Positions 30,901 through 44,330 of a DNA stretch of 64,000 nt are shown piece by piece. Under the pieces are notes generated by a model. It was not told the DNA's origin and did not search any database. It saw nothing but the letters and a program-made list of their open reading frames with translations. The DNA lies in NCBI RefSeq assembly GCF_009914755.1, contig NC_060947.1; one strand, 5' to 3'. Source of the stretch: the human T2T-CHM13v2.0 reference genome, Homo sapiens. Position numbers and translations under genes: made by a program. Within the stretch, counting starts at the first letter, position 1; every line of letters begins with the position of its first letter.

Positions 30901-32527
30901 ATGTGCTCCAGTTGACACAGCAGGCAATAGGCTGATGGCACAAAAAAAAAAAAAAAGAAAAAAACACTCCTTGGATTAGCAGCATGCCAGCAGTGTATAG
31001 CAGGAAGAAGGCCAGAACCCTCCTAATGGAAAGTCTGGTGCCTGAAATGTTCCCTGGAGCACTAATTTGTTGAACAGTAGCCAAATGTCTCTTGATTTAT
31101 TCACTTGTAAGGCAGACTGAGGTCCAAAAGACCCTATGGTACCCCTAGGAGAGGCCAGTACTGTGACCTAAAATGCTGTCATTTCTACTACCCATGGATA
31201 GTCTGGTGGCCAAAGAACCCTAGGTTCTCCAGACAGAGGATGGGCTGGGGACAGGCAGAGATACCCCAACCCTACATTTTGAGGAAAAACTGGTGGCCTG
31301 AAGTTTTCCCGACACACAAGCACTCTGGAGGTAGAGTGGCCGAAAGGGTTTCCAAGGCACCACTGTGCTGGGATTTCCAACAGGTCCCTAATTCCATAGT
31401 AATGGATCTAGTGCCCATAAGGTCTCACTGGAATCTAATGTGTGGGCAGTCTGGTCTCCGAAAAGGTCCATGGGGGCATAAATACAAGGGGAGAATGTGT
31501 CTGGAAGTTCTCCAGGGTACCAGCGCACTGTCCAACACATGTCTAGAAGAGCCCCAGAGTCCTAGAGGTAGGGGTGTACTCAGTGCCCAACAGATTCTAG
31601 GCTTCACAACCTATAGAGAAGGTTGTGGTCCAAAAGCTATCGCAGTTGCCCAGCGTGCAGACAGGGTGGGGACCATGAAGACCCAGAGGCCCTTAAAGAC
31701 CAAGCCATCTGGTGTTCAGAAAGTTCCCGGGGACAGAATTTATGGGAAAGTCAGTGACCAAAGAGTTCCAGTTGCCATTACAGATGGGCTAGCTGAGGGC
31801 TAAGAGGGTCATTGGTTCCCTGGAGCCATGCCTGTGGGGAAGAGAAGGGTTTTCCTTTCCACATCATATGTGCAGGCTAATTGCTGAAGAACCTTTGGTT
31901 TCCAGGCACACAGGATGATTCTGGGCCAGAAGGAACTCCAGAACCCTAGCAAGCGGGCATGCTGATGGTCAGGTATTTTCACAGGTCCTCTCGATAGGAG
32001 AAGGGTGGACACTTGGTGGAAAAAAGGGCCCAGAGTACTCCTGCAGTGACCTGTACTGTGACCCAACATGACCCAGTTTCAACAACAGGCTTGCAAAATG
32101 ATGACTGGTGAAAACTCAGGCCCTTGGCATGCTTGTGTATTGTGTGCCAGAAGGAAATCCAGAAATGTCTAGAGCTGAAAGGGCCTTCATGACACTACTG
32201 TGTTAGGAGTACAGGGCCAAAATGGGCACCAGTATGCTGGAAGTATGGTTCTCAAAAAGGCTGTACATTCCACCACACAGGGTCTGACTACTGTTAACCA
32301 CCCACAGAACTCCAGTGCATGGGCAGTCTGGTCACCAAAAGGGCTTACTGGGCAGCAGTGCCAGGGCAGATGGTGTCCAAAAGTATGATCTTAGGCACCA
32401 GTGAGGTGACAGGCTCATGTCGGGAAGAGTCCTGGACCTTGAAAGGGTACATTAGACCCAGGCGGAAAGACCTGGTCCTGCTGACAGTCTAGTAGGAGGA
32501 ACGCAGGTTCCATCACATAAAAGAGCT

Positions 32528-33085
32528 AGAGATGAATGGAGAAAGAAAATGTAATGTGGTACTTATAGACAATGGAGTACTATTCAGCCATAAAAAGAAT
32601 GAGTTTCTTTTGCAAGTCATTTGCAACAACATGAATGGAACTGGAGATCATTATGTTGAGTGAAATAAGCCAGGCACAGAAAGACAAACATCTGATGTTC
32701 TCAGTTATTTGCAGAATCTAAAAATCAAAGTAATTGAACTCATGGACATAGAGAGCAGATTGATGGTTACCAGAGGCTGGGGGTGGTAGTTGTGGGCTGG
32801 GGTGAGGTGGGGTTGGCTAACGGTTACAGAAAAAAAGAGAAAGAATAAATAAGACCTTCTATTTGATAGCACAATAGAGTGACTATAGTCAACAATAATT
32901 TAATTGTACATCTTAAAATAACTTAAAGAGTGTAATTGGATTGTTTGTAACTCAAAGGATAAATGTGTGAGGGGATGGATATCCCATTCCCCATGTTGTG
33001 CATGTTTGTATCAAAACATCTCATGTACTACATAAATATATACCCCTACTGTGTACTGAAAAAAATTAAAAAATAAATAAATGAT
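32528..33085 (+). mobile_element. L1MA (L1MA1-3-like) 3' end inserted in the array
   Basis: caatggagtactattcagccataaaaagaatgag...taattggattgtttgtaactcaaaggataaatg followed by an A tail; the array resumes in register afterwards. Confidence 0.9.
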
Positions 33086-35758
33086 TTTGTTTTAACAAAA
33101 GAAGGATCCCTGGACACCCCTGTGAGGGACAGACGGTGGCCAAGAGGCCTCAAAACTCCCAGGCTTGTGGACTTCCTGAACGCATGAAGGGCTAAGGGTT
33201 CCTGTGGCAGATGTCAGTGCCCTGACCATAATCACTCTCCTTCCATTGCAGGCAGGCCGGCAGGTAGCTAAAGAACCCGAGGTTCCCCAGCACACAGTCA
33301 GATGTGCTAGAAGGAATTCCAGAACTCAGGGAGTTGGTGAGCCTTGTGACCAGAAACTTCCCCAAGTCACCACCGTGATGAAGGTGTATCAGTCAAAGAT
33401 GCCCTAAATCACGAGCTTTCTGGATGGATTGTTGACAATAAGGCTCTAAATTTCACAGTGCAGAAGACAGCTGGTGTATAAGCATCCCTTGTAACCTAGT
33501 GTGAGGCTTTCTGGTAACTAAAAGGTCATCCAAGGCACAATGCAAGGGGACACTGTGTCGAAGGGCCTTTGGGGCACCAATTTGTTTCCAGGCACATGTC
33601 TGTAAAAGCCATGGGGCCACAGAAGCTAAGATGGGCCAAGGCTGAAAGTGCTTTCAGTTCTACATCTCGCAGGATGTTTGATACTCCACAAAATCTTGTT
33701 TCCCTAGCACAAAGTCAGGCTGGAAGCAGAAGGACCCTGGGGACCCTCATGAGAAGGACTTCTGCTGGCCAAAACTTTCCCCAGGACACCAGTTTGGTGG
33801 CCAGACAGTGAACAAAATGGCTCTTGATTCCTCTGCTTATGTGCTGTCTAAGGGCTGATAGGATTCATGGTTTCCCTATGGTTGGTCTATGCTATGGCCA
33901 AAAGTGCTCTCATTTCCACAGCAGACAGCAGCTGATTACAGAAACTCCTTGATTCCCCAGTACATGAACAAGGTTTGGCCAATAGAAAACCTGAAACCCT
34001 AGGTGGCTGAAAATTCAGTGGTTGTTAAGGTTCCCCAGAACACCAGTGAAAGGGAGTGGAGATATGGTGACAGAAATGGCTCCCTCACACCAGCACTCTA
34101 GACTGATTGTTGCCAATAGGGCCTTATATTCCAATTTTTGTGCCTCCATAGCACAGGAGGAGGCTGGTGTTCATAAGTGCCCCTAGAAACCTATTGTGAG
34201 GGTTATCTGGTCACCAAAAGGGCCCCAAAAGGACCTTGCAGCAGTGCATGGGCAGAAGTTTCCGGAAGAGCCCTGGGGAGGCAGAGGGTGGGATGATACA
34301 AAACTGGAAGAGTTCCATATCAGACAGGATGGCTAATAGCCAATGATCCCTGTTTCCAAACACACAGGATTTAGTAGAGGGCAGAAGGCCCCCTTGGACA
34401 CTAACACATGAGAAGTACCTTGGCCAAAAGGGTACTAATGTCCACAGCACACAGGCTGGCTTATGGCCAACAAGGTCTTGTGTTCCATGGCACAAGAGCA
34501 CGCTAGTGTGCCCATAAGTGCCCCCAGGAACCCAGTGTGTGGGATGCCTGGTTGCTAAACAGGTGAGTAGGACATCGGTGTAAGGGCAGGAGTCTCTAAA
34601 AGTGCCCCTGAGGCACAAGTGTGCTGGTAGGCTTGTGTCCAGAGGAATCCCAGGGACAAAGAAGGTGGAATGACCAATGTCCAAAGGGCCCTGGGTTCCA
34701 CAGCCTATAGAGACACTGATGGTCAAAACAGTACGTAGTTCCCTAGCACACAGGCAGGCTATAAGGACCTGTGGAACCGCAGTGGGAGGGCTGGCTGGTG
34801 GTTGGTATGTTGCTAGAGATACCAATGCATGGGAAGGACAGTGGAAAAGGGTTCTAGATTCCACAACACAGAGATTGACTGAAGGCCAGAAGGGCCCTTG
34901 GTTCCCCAGTGAGAGACCTGTGCTGTGAACTGAAAAGGTTCTAGTTTCTGCATCACATGGGCAGGCTAGTTGCTGAAGAACCCTCAGTTCCCTGAAAAGA
35001 GGACAGAATGGGGGCCACAAGGAAACCACAAACCCTAAATAGTGGAAGGTCACCAGAGCAATGGAGGTACAGTGTCCAAAAAGGCCTCAGAGCACTAGCA
35101 TTCTGAATGGGCTTACTAATAGAGCCAATGTTGTATGGCAGGGGAGTTGGCTAGTGACTATACAAACCTCCAGGATACCAGGGAGGAGCAGTCAGGTCAC
35201 TGATAGAGTATCTAGGGCACCAGCTCATGGGGCAAACCATGATTGGAAGTACCCTCAGGGTACCAGCACCAAGTCAGGCATGTGTCCCTAAGCGTCCCTG
35301 TGCATAACGGGGATCAAAGTTAAAAGGGATCTAGGTTCCATGACAGTTCAGACTGCTGGTAGCCCTGAATCTTTATACCCTCAATACAAAGGCAGGCTGT
35401 GGAGGTTGGTGAGGTGAAAGGACTCTGGAAACCCTAATGGGCAGGCTGACTGGTGGTCAGAAGGTTCCCCAGTTCTGTGGACAGACCGCAGGTGAAAAGG
35501 TTTGCTTCCTCAGCTTGTGGGCTAGCAGAGGATCTGCAGGGCCCACAGTTCTGCAAGAGGCCAATACTGTGACTGAAAGTGTTCTCTTTTCCACAGCAGG
35601 CACCAGGCTGATCCCCAAAGAAACCTCAATCCCCCGGCAAACAGACAAGCTGGGTGACAGAAGGAAGCTAGGCACCCTTGGTGACAGGATGGTTGGTGGC
35701 TGGAAGGTTCCCCAGGGCACAAGTATGCTGGAGGTTTAGTAACAGAACAGGGCCCCAT

Positions 35759-36062
<304 letters not shown>

Positions 36063-36069
36063 AGGGTCT

Positions 36070-36503
36070 TGTGTTAGTTTGCTAGGGTTGCCATAATAAA
36101 ATACCACAGACATCATGGCTTAAACAACAAAAATTTATTTTCTCACAGCTCTGGAGGCTGGAAGCCTAAGATCGGAGTGTTGGCAGGTTTGGTTTCTTCT
36201 GTGGGCTCTCTCCCTGGCTTGCAGATTTCTGGGCTTGCAGATTCCTTGACTTGCAGCCTTCTCAATGCATGCCCTCACTTGATCTTTCCTCTGTGTGTAC
36301 AGGTTTGTGTTCAAATTTTCTCTTCTTATAAGAATATTATCATCTTATATGACATTAAATCATATAGGATTAGGGCCCAGCCATATGACCTCATTTTATT
36401 TTAGTTACTTTAAAGACCCTGTCTCCAAATACAATCATATTCTGAGATACTGGGGGTTTGGACCTAAACATGAATTTTGGAGGGCACAACTCAGCTCATA
36501 ACA
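36070..36503 (-). mobile_element. MLT1 (A0/B/C-like) solo LTR inserted in the array
   Basis: tgtgttagtttgctagggttgccataataaaataccacaga...ggcttaaacaacaaaaatttattttctcacagctctggaggctggaag...cagctcataaca. Confidence 0.9.
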
Positions 36504-37355
36504 TACCCCCTTGTACAAACAATCTGGATAAATGGTTGTCAATGGGGTCCTACATTTTACAGCACAGGAACAGGCTAGTGCCCATAAGGGTCCCTAAGAC
36601 CCCTGTGAATGGGCAGTCTTGTCACCAAAAAGGCATCCGGGGCACCAATGCGGGGACAAACTTAGACTGGAAGTGCTCTGCCAACACCCTGCAAGCCACG
36701 TGTCAGTTAAGAGTCTCAAATCTGAAGAAGGTAGAATAGACTGAGGAAGAAAGGACTCTCAGTTCAACAGCAGGCAGGGTGCTAGTCAGAAGAGTACTTG
36801 GTTTGTTACAATCCAAACTCCCAGCAGAAACTAAGTACAAACAGACTTGTACCTAAAAGGACCCATAGATGCTATGGAGCAGGCTGGCTGGTATTTGATA
36901 GTTCCACAAGGATGTTAATGAAGGGATGTCAGTGGCTAAAAGGGTACTAATTTTCATTGCACACTGGCTAGTTAAGGATGGAAAAGGCCATCGAAAGGAA
37001 AGGCACAAGGCCTATTCAATGACCAAAAGGATTCTGGTTTCATCCCACTGGAAGACTAATGGCCGAATAACCTTTGGTTCTGCAGTGTATAGACTCAACC
37101 GGAGCTGAAATGACCCCTGGATAGCATGCCGATGGGAAGTGGCTGCCTGAAAGTTTCCCCTGAGCAGGAGTATTAGGAGTATGGTGGCCAAAAGGGGCAT
37201 CAGTGTGCTCAACAGCTGGCTGCCAATTGGAAAAATATTTCACAGCACAGAAGCAGGCTAGTGCCTATAAAGGCCCCCATACTACCAGAATGTGGGTAGT
37301 CCTCTTGCTGAAGGGGCATCAGGACACCAGTAGATGGGCAAACTGTATTTAGATG

Positions 37356-37613
37356 TTCTGCCCCTTACTAAATCCTGTGTGTTTGGAAACAGGGATCATT
37401 GGCTATTAGCCATCCCGTCTGATATGGAACTCTTCCAGTTTTGCATCATCCCACCCTCTGCCTCCCCAGGGCTCTTCCGGAAACTTCTGCCCATGCACTG
37501 CTGCAAGGTCCTTTTGGGGCCCTTTTGGTGACCAGATAGCCCTCACAATAGGTTTCTAGGTGCACTTATGAACACCAGCCTCCTCCTGTGCTATGGAGGC
37601 ACAAAAAATTTGG
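37356..37613 (-). repeat. Inverted near-identical copy of 34131-34386
   Basis: Reverse-complement match with about 4 internal substitutions plus end differences; the same peptide (TKSCVFGNRDHWLLAI...KVLLGPFW) appears in ORFs on opposite strands. Confidence 0.95.
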
Positions 37614-40600
37614 TCACCAGCATTGTGCCAAGCAAGTGTCCAGAATGGCACCAAGGTAGCACAGGATGAGATGGAGTGATGCCCAAAAGGTTGTGGATTC
37701 CACAGCAGATTGGACAGCCTATGAACCCTCATATCACCAACACAAAGACAGCCAGGGAAAAATAATTGGAATCCTAGGGGGCAGGCTGACTGTTGGTCAG
37801 AAGTTTCTCTAGGGCACCAGCTCCATGGATGGATGGTGAACAAAATGGCTTTTGCATTCTCAGCTTGATAGCTAACTGAGAGCATGTAGAAGTCATAGTT
37901 TCCTATCTGGAGGCCAGTAATATAACTAAATGTGCTCTTGTTTCCACAGCATGCAGAGGAAAAATTGGCAAAGAGCTTTCAGTACCCTAGCATGCAGGCA
38001 ACCTGTGAGCCACAAGGAAAGCCAGAACTCTAAGGAGCAGGAAATATGGTGACTAGGAAGTTTCTGCAGGGCACATCCCAGATGGAGATGCACTGGTAAA
38101 AAGAGGCCTGTGCATCTGCGTTCTGAATGGATGTTTGTCAATAGGGCCCCGTATTCCACCACATGGGAGCAGGTTATTAGGGCTACCCTGGCACCCAATG
38201 TGGAGGCAGTCTGGTCACAGGGTACAGAGGGCAGCAGCGCCAAGGCAGAATGTTTCTGGAAGTGATTCTGGGGTGCCAGCGCCCTAGCTGGTACAGGTAC
38301 GAAGAAACACCCAGGGTCCTAGAGTTCAGGATGACTGGATGCCAAATGGCACAGATCCACAGCATGTGAGGGAAAGTGATGGTCAGAAGGGTACACAAGA
38401 GAGGTAGGGATGGTCCAAAGGGGTCTGTGTTCCCAGACCTATAGAAAGGGTGATTGATGATCAGAGGGTATGTGGTTCCCCAATTCTTCAGGCAGTCTAG
38501 AAGCCATTAGGACATGTGGAATTCCAGGGGCCAGGACAGCTGGTGTTCTAAAGTTCCCCAGGCACACTAACGTGGGGAGGGAAGCGACTGAAAGAGTTCT
38601 AGGATTCATTGCACATGGGGTAGTTGAAAGCAGAAAGAATCAATGGCTTGCCAGTGCGAGGCCTGCCAGAGGCCAGAAATATTTTGGATTCTGACTTGTG
38701 CAGGCAGGCTGGTGGCTAAAGAACCTTCCCAAGCACGCTCAATGACTTGTGACAGGAAGGAGTCCCGAAATCCTAATGAGGGAAGATTCACCAGGTTATT
38801 CACACCAAAAGATTAACTGTGTGGGGCCCTGAACAATCACCAGAACTTTAGCAGGAGGTCAGACTGTTGATAGGAGGATTCCCCAGGGCACACTCGTGAG
38901 GGACAGATGGTGGTCAAGAGGGATCATGATTCCTGAACTTTTGGTCTGCCTGAAGGCGCAAAGAGTTCATGGTTCCCTTGCAAGATGGTAAGGCTGTGAC
39001 CAAATAGTCTCTTTTCCACCTAGGATGGGCAGGCTGGTCCCTAAAGAACCCTTGGTTACCGAGGGCATACACAGCTAAGGGCTGACAGGAAACCTGGGAC
39101 CATAGTTGGCAAGAAATATGATGGAGGTTCCCCAGGGCACTCCAAAGATGGAGATGTGATTGCAAAAAGAGGCCCCTGTGTCCCAGGGTTCAGGATGGAT
39201 GGTTGCAAATAAGGCCCTGTGTTCTACTGTACAAGTGAAGGCTAGTGCCCGTAAGGGCTCTCCTGAACCTAGTGTGCAGGCAATCTGGTCCCAGAAAGGA
39301 CCTGGAGTGCCAGTTCCCTAAACAGCACATGTACAGAAGAAGAGCCCATGGGTTCATATAGGTCGGAATGGGGATGGATATGATGCCTAAGGGGACTGAA
39401 TTTCCCAGTTCGCAGTGTTGGGGTGAGCACAGGGGACATAAGGACACACAGAACCATAGTGGCAGGCCCAGATGGCTATAAAAAGGTCCCCAGGGACACT
39501 AATGAGTGGGAAAGAACTATACCAAAAGAAACCTTGGTTCCATCACAAGCAGTGTAAGGTAGGACAGGAAAGACCATTAGGATCTTGATGCTAGGCCTGC
39601 CCAGTAAGTGGAAAGAATTCTGGATTCTACATTATGCAGACAGGCTGGTGGCTGAAGAAACTTTGATTCCAAGGAAACTCTGATGACTCTGGGTCAGAAG
39701 GTGCTACAGAACCCCAGCAGGGCCCACATAGGGGATCAGACATTTCCCCAGGGTACCCACACGGTTAGCTTAGTAGGGGAAAAGGACAGTGGCCGAAATG
39801 ACTTATCCGTGAAAGCAGAGTACCAAGGCTTCCCCACTATGAGGTGTATAGGGTGACTAAACTTGCTCCAGTTCCAACAGCAGGCAGGAAAACTCATGAC
39901 CAAAAACCTCTCAGAACCCAAGCATGGCCAGGCAGGGAAGAACCCAGAAACGTTATGGCCAGAAAGGCCCTGAAGTCACTAACACCATGAAGTAAAGGTG
40001 CCAAAAGGGGTCCCCGATCTCTAGAGTCTTGTTACCATGATTTTCAATTAGGGCCACATATTCCATAGTATGTGATCTTGCTGTGGCCCATAGGACCCCA
40101 GTTCACAGTCAGTCTAGACGCAAAAAGATTTCCCAAAGTAGCAGCGCTGGGGCAGATGGTGTCCCGAAGTCCTCTGTCCCTGCCCCTGGCACCACAAAAG
40201 GAGCTGGCATATGTCCAAAAGGATCCTGCGGTGTAAGAGGTTGAGATGGACCCAGGTTGAAAGGCCTAGTCCTGCTGATGGCCCTAGTAGGAGAAGCCCC
40301 CGTTTCCACCCTAAAAGGATTGTATGAGGACATGAAGGATCCCTGGAACGCTGGCGAGAGCAGAGATTGGTGGCTGGAAGCTTCCCTGGGGACACCCACA
40401 AGAGGGACAGACAGTAGCTGAAAAAATCGTGATTCCTGAGATTGTGAATTCACTCAGTGCCTAAAGGACTCGTGGTTCTCCCGCAAAATGCCAGTGGCCC
40501 GATGGTAAATGCTCTTCTTCCACCAAAGGAAGGCAGACTTGTCACAAAAGAAACTTAGTCTTCCCAAGGACATTAACATGTGGGTAGTCCAGTGACTGAA

Positions 40601-41941
40601 ATGATTTCAGCCTCAATTCCATACATGGACTAGCTGAGGAGCAGAAGAAACATAAGTTCCCCTGGCCTGTCCAGTGATCAAAAGGATTCTGGAGTCTGAA
40701 TCATTCAGGTGGGTTGATGGCCAAAGAACCTCTGTTTCTGAGGTACATGAGATAATGGGGCCAGAAAGAGCACTGGAACCCTAAATGAAGGGGCACATCT
40801 GTGGTCAGATTCACCAGGATATACGCACCGGGGGAAGGATGGTGGTAGGGACTAAAGGATCACCAGAACCCTGGTGAGCAGTCAGACTATGGATAGGAAG
40901 ATTCTTAGGGGTATTTGCAAGGCACAGACAGTGGCCGAGAGTGGTCATAATTTCTGAACTTGAAGCTTGGCCAAAGGCAAGAAGAGCTTATGGTTCACTT
41001 GCCCGATGAAAGTGCTGTGACCAAAAATGTGCTTCTTTCCAGCTCATGCAGGTAGGTTGTTCACCCCTAGGGGCTGGAGGCCAACAAGAAACCTGGAACC
41101 CTAGCTGGCAGAAGTATGATAACCAGAAGGTTCCCCAGGGTACCACAAAGAGGGAGGTATGGTAGGGAAGTGGTTCTGAAAGGATGGTCACTAACAAGAC
41201 CCTGTGTTCCACACAAGGGTGCAGGTAAGTGCCCATAAGTGCTCTCCTGGAACCCAGTGTGAAGGCAGCCTGGCTTCATAAAGATTCTACAGGGCAGCAG
41301 TGTCCTGGATGGCACGTGTTCAAAAGAATCCTAAATATCCTGAATGTCAGAACGGAGATGGACAAATGCCCAGGTGTCTAGATTCCACAGCCTAAAAAAA
41401 GTATGATGGTCGCAAGTATACATTGTTCCCCAGCTGATGGGCAACCAGTCTACAGACTGTAAGGACACAGGGAACCATAGACATTAGCCCAGAGGGTGAT
41501 GGGAAGGTCCACAGGGATTCTTGGTACCACTGCAAATGGGGTCACAGGACTGGAAGGGCCATAGGTTTCCTTCCCCAAACCTCTCCCCAAAGGCCTGTCC
41601 TTTCCCTGGGGCAGCCACAAGAGGGGCAGATGGCTGCTAGTGCTCATAATTCCTGAAATTGCAGCTAGCTCAAGGCCTGAAGAACTCACTTCTTCCCTGT
41701 CCTAAGTCAGTACCCTAAATATAAATATAAATAATACAAATGCTCTCCTTTCACCACAGGAAGGCAGGTGGATCATATGATAACTCTCATTTCCCCAGAG
41801 ACACAGGATACGCGACAGCAGGAATCTAAAAACCCTAGCTGGTGAGAAGTCTAGTGGCCAGATGGTTTTGAGGCAATGCCCTGGTAGAGGGGCAGTGGAG
41901 AAAAGGGGTCCCAGTACTAGAGTGCTGGATGGATGTCTTCT

Positions 41942-42353
41942 TGTATTAGGCCGTCCTGGCACCGCTATAAAGAAATACCTGAGACTGGGTAGTTTATAAG
42001 GAAAGAGGCTTAATTGACTCACAGTTCTGCAGGATGTACAGGAAGCATAGTGGCAACTGCTTCTGAGGAGGTTTCAAGAAGCTTCCAATTATGGCAGAAG
42101 ACAAAGGGGGAGCAGGCACATCACATGGTGAAAGCAAGAGTAAAAGAGAAAGAGAGTGGAGGGAAGGTGTCACACACTTTTAAAGGACCAACTCTGTGAA
42201 ATCGGGGCCACAGCTCACTTAACATCAAGGGGATGGCCCATTTATGAAGGATATGCCCCTTTGATCCAAATACCTCCCACCAGGCCCACCTCCAAATTGG
42301 GGAATACATTTCAACATGAGATTTGGGTGGGGACAAATATCCAAACTATACCA
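41942..42353 (-). mobile_element. MSTB-like solo LTR inserted in the array
   Basis: tgtattaggccgtcctggcaccgctataaagaaatacctgagactggg...gagatttgggtggggacaaatatccaaactata. Confidence 0.9.
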
Positions 42354-42899
42354 CTGCCTTTAGGGAATTGTGATCCATGGCATGGATGTAGGCTAGTGCC
42401 CATAAGGGCTATCTTGGAACGCACTGGGCAGACAGCCTGGTCTCAGAAAGGGCCTACATGGCATCAGCACCAGTGCAGAATGTATCTGGAAGTGCTCCTG
42501 GGGTGCCAGTGTCCAGGCAGGGTAAGTCCAGAATAATGGACAGAGACCTAGAGGTGGGGATGGACACAACGTCCAGTGGGCTCTGGGTTCTGAAGCCTGT
42601 AGGGAGGTGAGGGGTGCAAGGGTACAAGATGCCCCAGCTCACAGTCACACTGGCACCATAAGGATGCACGGAACCTAGGGACTGGGCCAGTTGCTGTTCA
42701 GAAAGTCTCCAGGAACACCAGCACGTGGGCAGGTATGTGATCAAAAGAGTTACAGATTCAATTGCATACAGGCAATGAAGATTGGACATGGCATAGATTT
42801 TTTTTCTAGCATCAAGCCTGCCTGGTAACTGGAAGGGTTCTGGATTCTGCATCATAGAGGCAGGCCAGTGGCCTACGAACCTCTGTTTTCCAGGCAACC

Positions 42900-44330
42900 C
42901 AGATGCTTCCGGGCCAAAAGGGGCCCTGGAAGCCTAGCAAGGGACCATGTCAGTGGTCAGAAGGTTCCTCTGAGCGCCCACACTGGGGACAGGGGTTGGG
43001 GGTGGGGGCGTAAGGGAAAAGGAAGGAATGTACGAGTACAGAGTGTGGCCAAAATTGCTCCAATTTCTGATCGCAAAGTCCCCGCAATATCCCAGTGTGA
43101 GGTCTGTACTTTCACCGAACTTGCACAGGTTTCTACATTAGAAGAATTTACGAGCAGAAAAACACCAGGTACCAAGCATGTCTGCGGACTGTAGGCAGGA
43201 ACGATCTCAGAAACTTTTAGGGCCGGAAGGGACCTCTTGACATCAGTGTCACGGAGTACGGCTGCCAAAAGGCGCCCCGTGGCAGCAACATGCTAGAAGT
43301 TTGGTTGCCAGTGGTGCCATATATTCCGCTGCACAAAAGCTGGTTAGGGTCCCTTGTTATCTCATGTCGTGGGCATTCTGGTCACAAAAAAAAAGGTTCC
43401 CAGGGCAGCAGTTCCTGGGTAGATATTATCCAACAGTGCCCTCCTCGCCGCCCCAATACGGTAGCAGGTATGTTATCTGGAAAAGTCCCAGGGTCTAAGA
43501 AAGCGAAATAGACTCAAACTGAAAGGACTCGTGCTACTTAAAGCCTAAAAGGAGCCCAGGGTTCCACCGCATGAGGACTGTCGGGGGGGGGTGTTAGGGA
43601 TCCCCGGAACCCTGGGGAGATGGCTAACTGGTCACCGGAAGATTCCAGGGCACCTGTGTGAAAGAGAGACGGTGGCCTAGTGGGCTCAGTATTCCCTAGA
43701 TTGCTGGATGACCCCGAAGGTTCTGAAAGGATCATATTTCCTCTGCAAGAAGCCACTATCGGTACTGGAAATGTTCTTTACATCGCTGGCGGGCCGGCGG
43801 GTTGCAGAACTTCTCAGTTCCCCAGTGCTCGCGCCGTCTTGTGGTAGGAGGCAACCCGGAACCCTAGCTGGTGGGAAGTTTGGAGGACAGAAGGTTCCCC
43901 AGGGTACTAGCCGGGTAGAATTAAGACCAAATGCGTTCCCTAAGCCCCCGCCTCCCCCTCCCCCCAACTCTGGAAGGATGATAGTAGATCCCTGTTACCC
44001 ACGGAAAGGAGCAGGTTATAACCTGTAAGGCACCCCTGGAAACCAATGCGCGTGCAGTCTGGTTTCAGAAAGGGCTCTTAGGCCCCCAGCGCCAGGACAG
44101 AAAGTGTCCGGAAGTGCTCTCAGATACGACTGAAGTGGCAGGTACAAGTCTGAAAGAGTCCTGGATTCTGAGCGTGAGATGGACCCAGGCCAAACGGGCT
44201 AGTTCTGCTGATAGCTCTGGGTTCACGGAAAGGGTCCCCCAAGGCCCTTCGTACGGGTGAGATGATTGCTGCCAGGGCCCTGGGTTCTTTTAGGCTGTCT
44301 TAGGTAAACAGTCTGATGCTTCCAAGGCCT
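42900..44330. promoter_or_regulatory. CpG-retaining candidate promoter formed from the terminal array units
   Basis: Visibly more CpGs than the rest of the window. GC box CCCCGCCTCC 43946-43955, CCAAT 44043-44047, NRF1-like TGCGCGTGCA 44047-44056, ETS CCGGAAGTG 44108-44116. Confidence 0.6.

Noticed and set aside
30942-30964. Poly(A) run as a retrocopy tail
   Set aside because: It is flanked on both sides by array-type sequence at the position of the usual ccaaaag motif, with no TSD; more likely a slippage expansion.
31240-31803. 187-aa ORF and other 60-150-aa ORFs across 31-44 kb
   Set aside because: Array-derived, overlapping on both strands and in several frames, with no consistent peptide repeat.
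34211-35053. 280-aa ORF on the minus strand (longest in the window)
   Set aside because: It lies wholly in the degenerate array, has no recognisable domain, and homologous units do not keep the frame (monomer 42-44 bp). Long ORFs are expected in GC-rich repeats.
37327-41628. CTCF-like motifs in array units (CCAGTAGATGGGCA 37327, CCACAAGAGGGAC 40396, CCACAAGAGGGGCA 41615)
   Set aside because: Each deviates at the conserved GGC end of the core. A DXZ4/FIRRE-like CTCF array cannot be claimed without a PWM scan or ChIP data.
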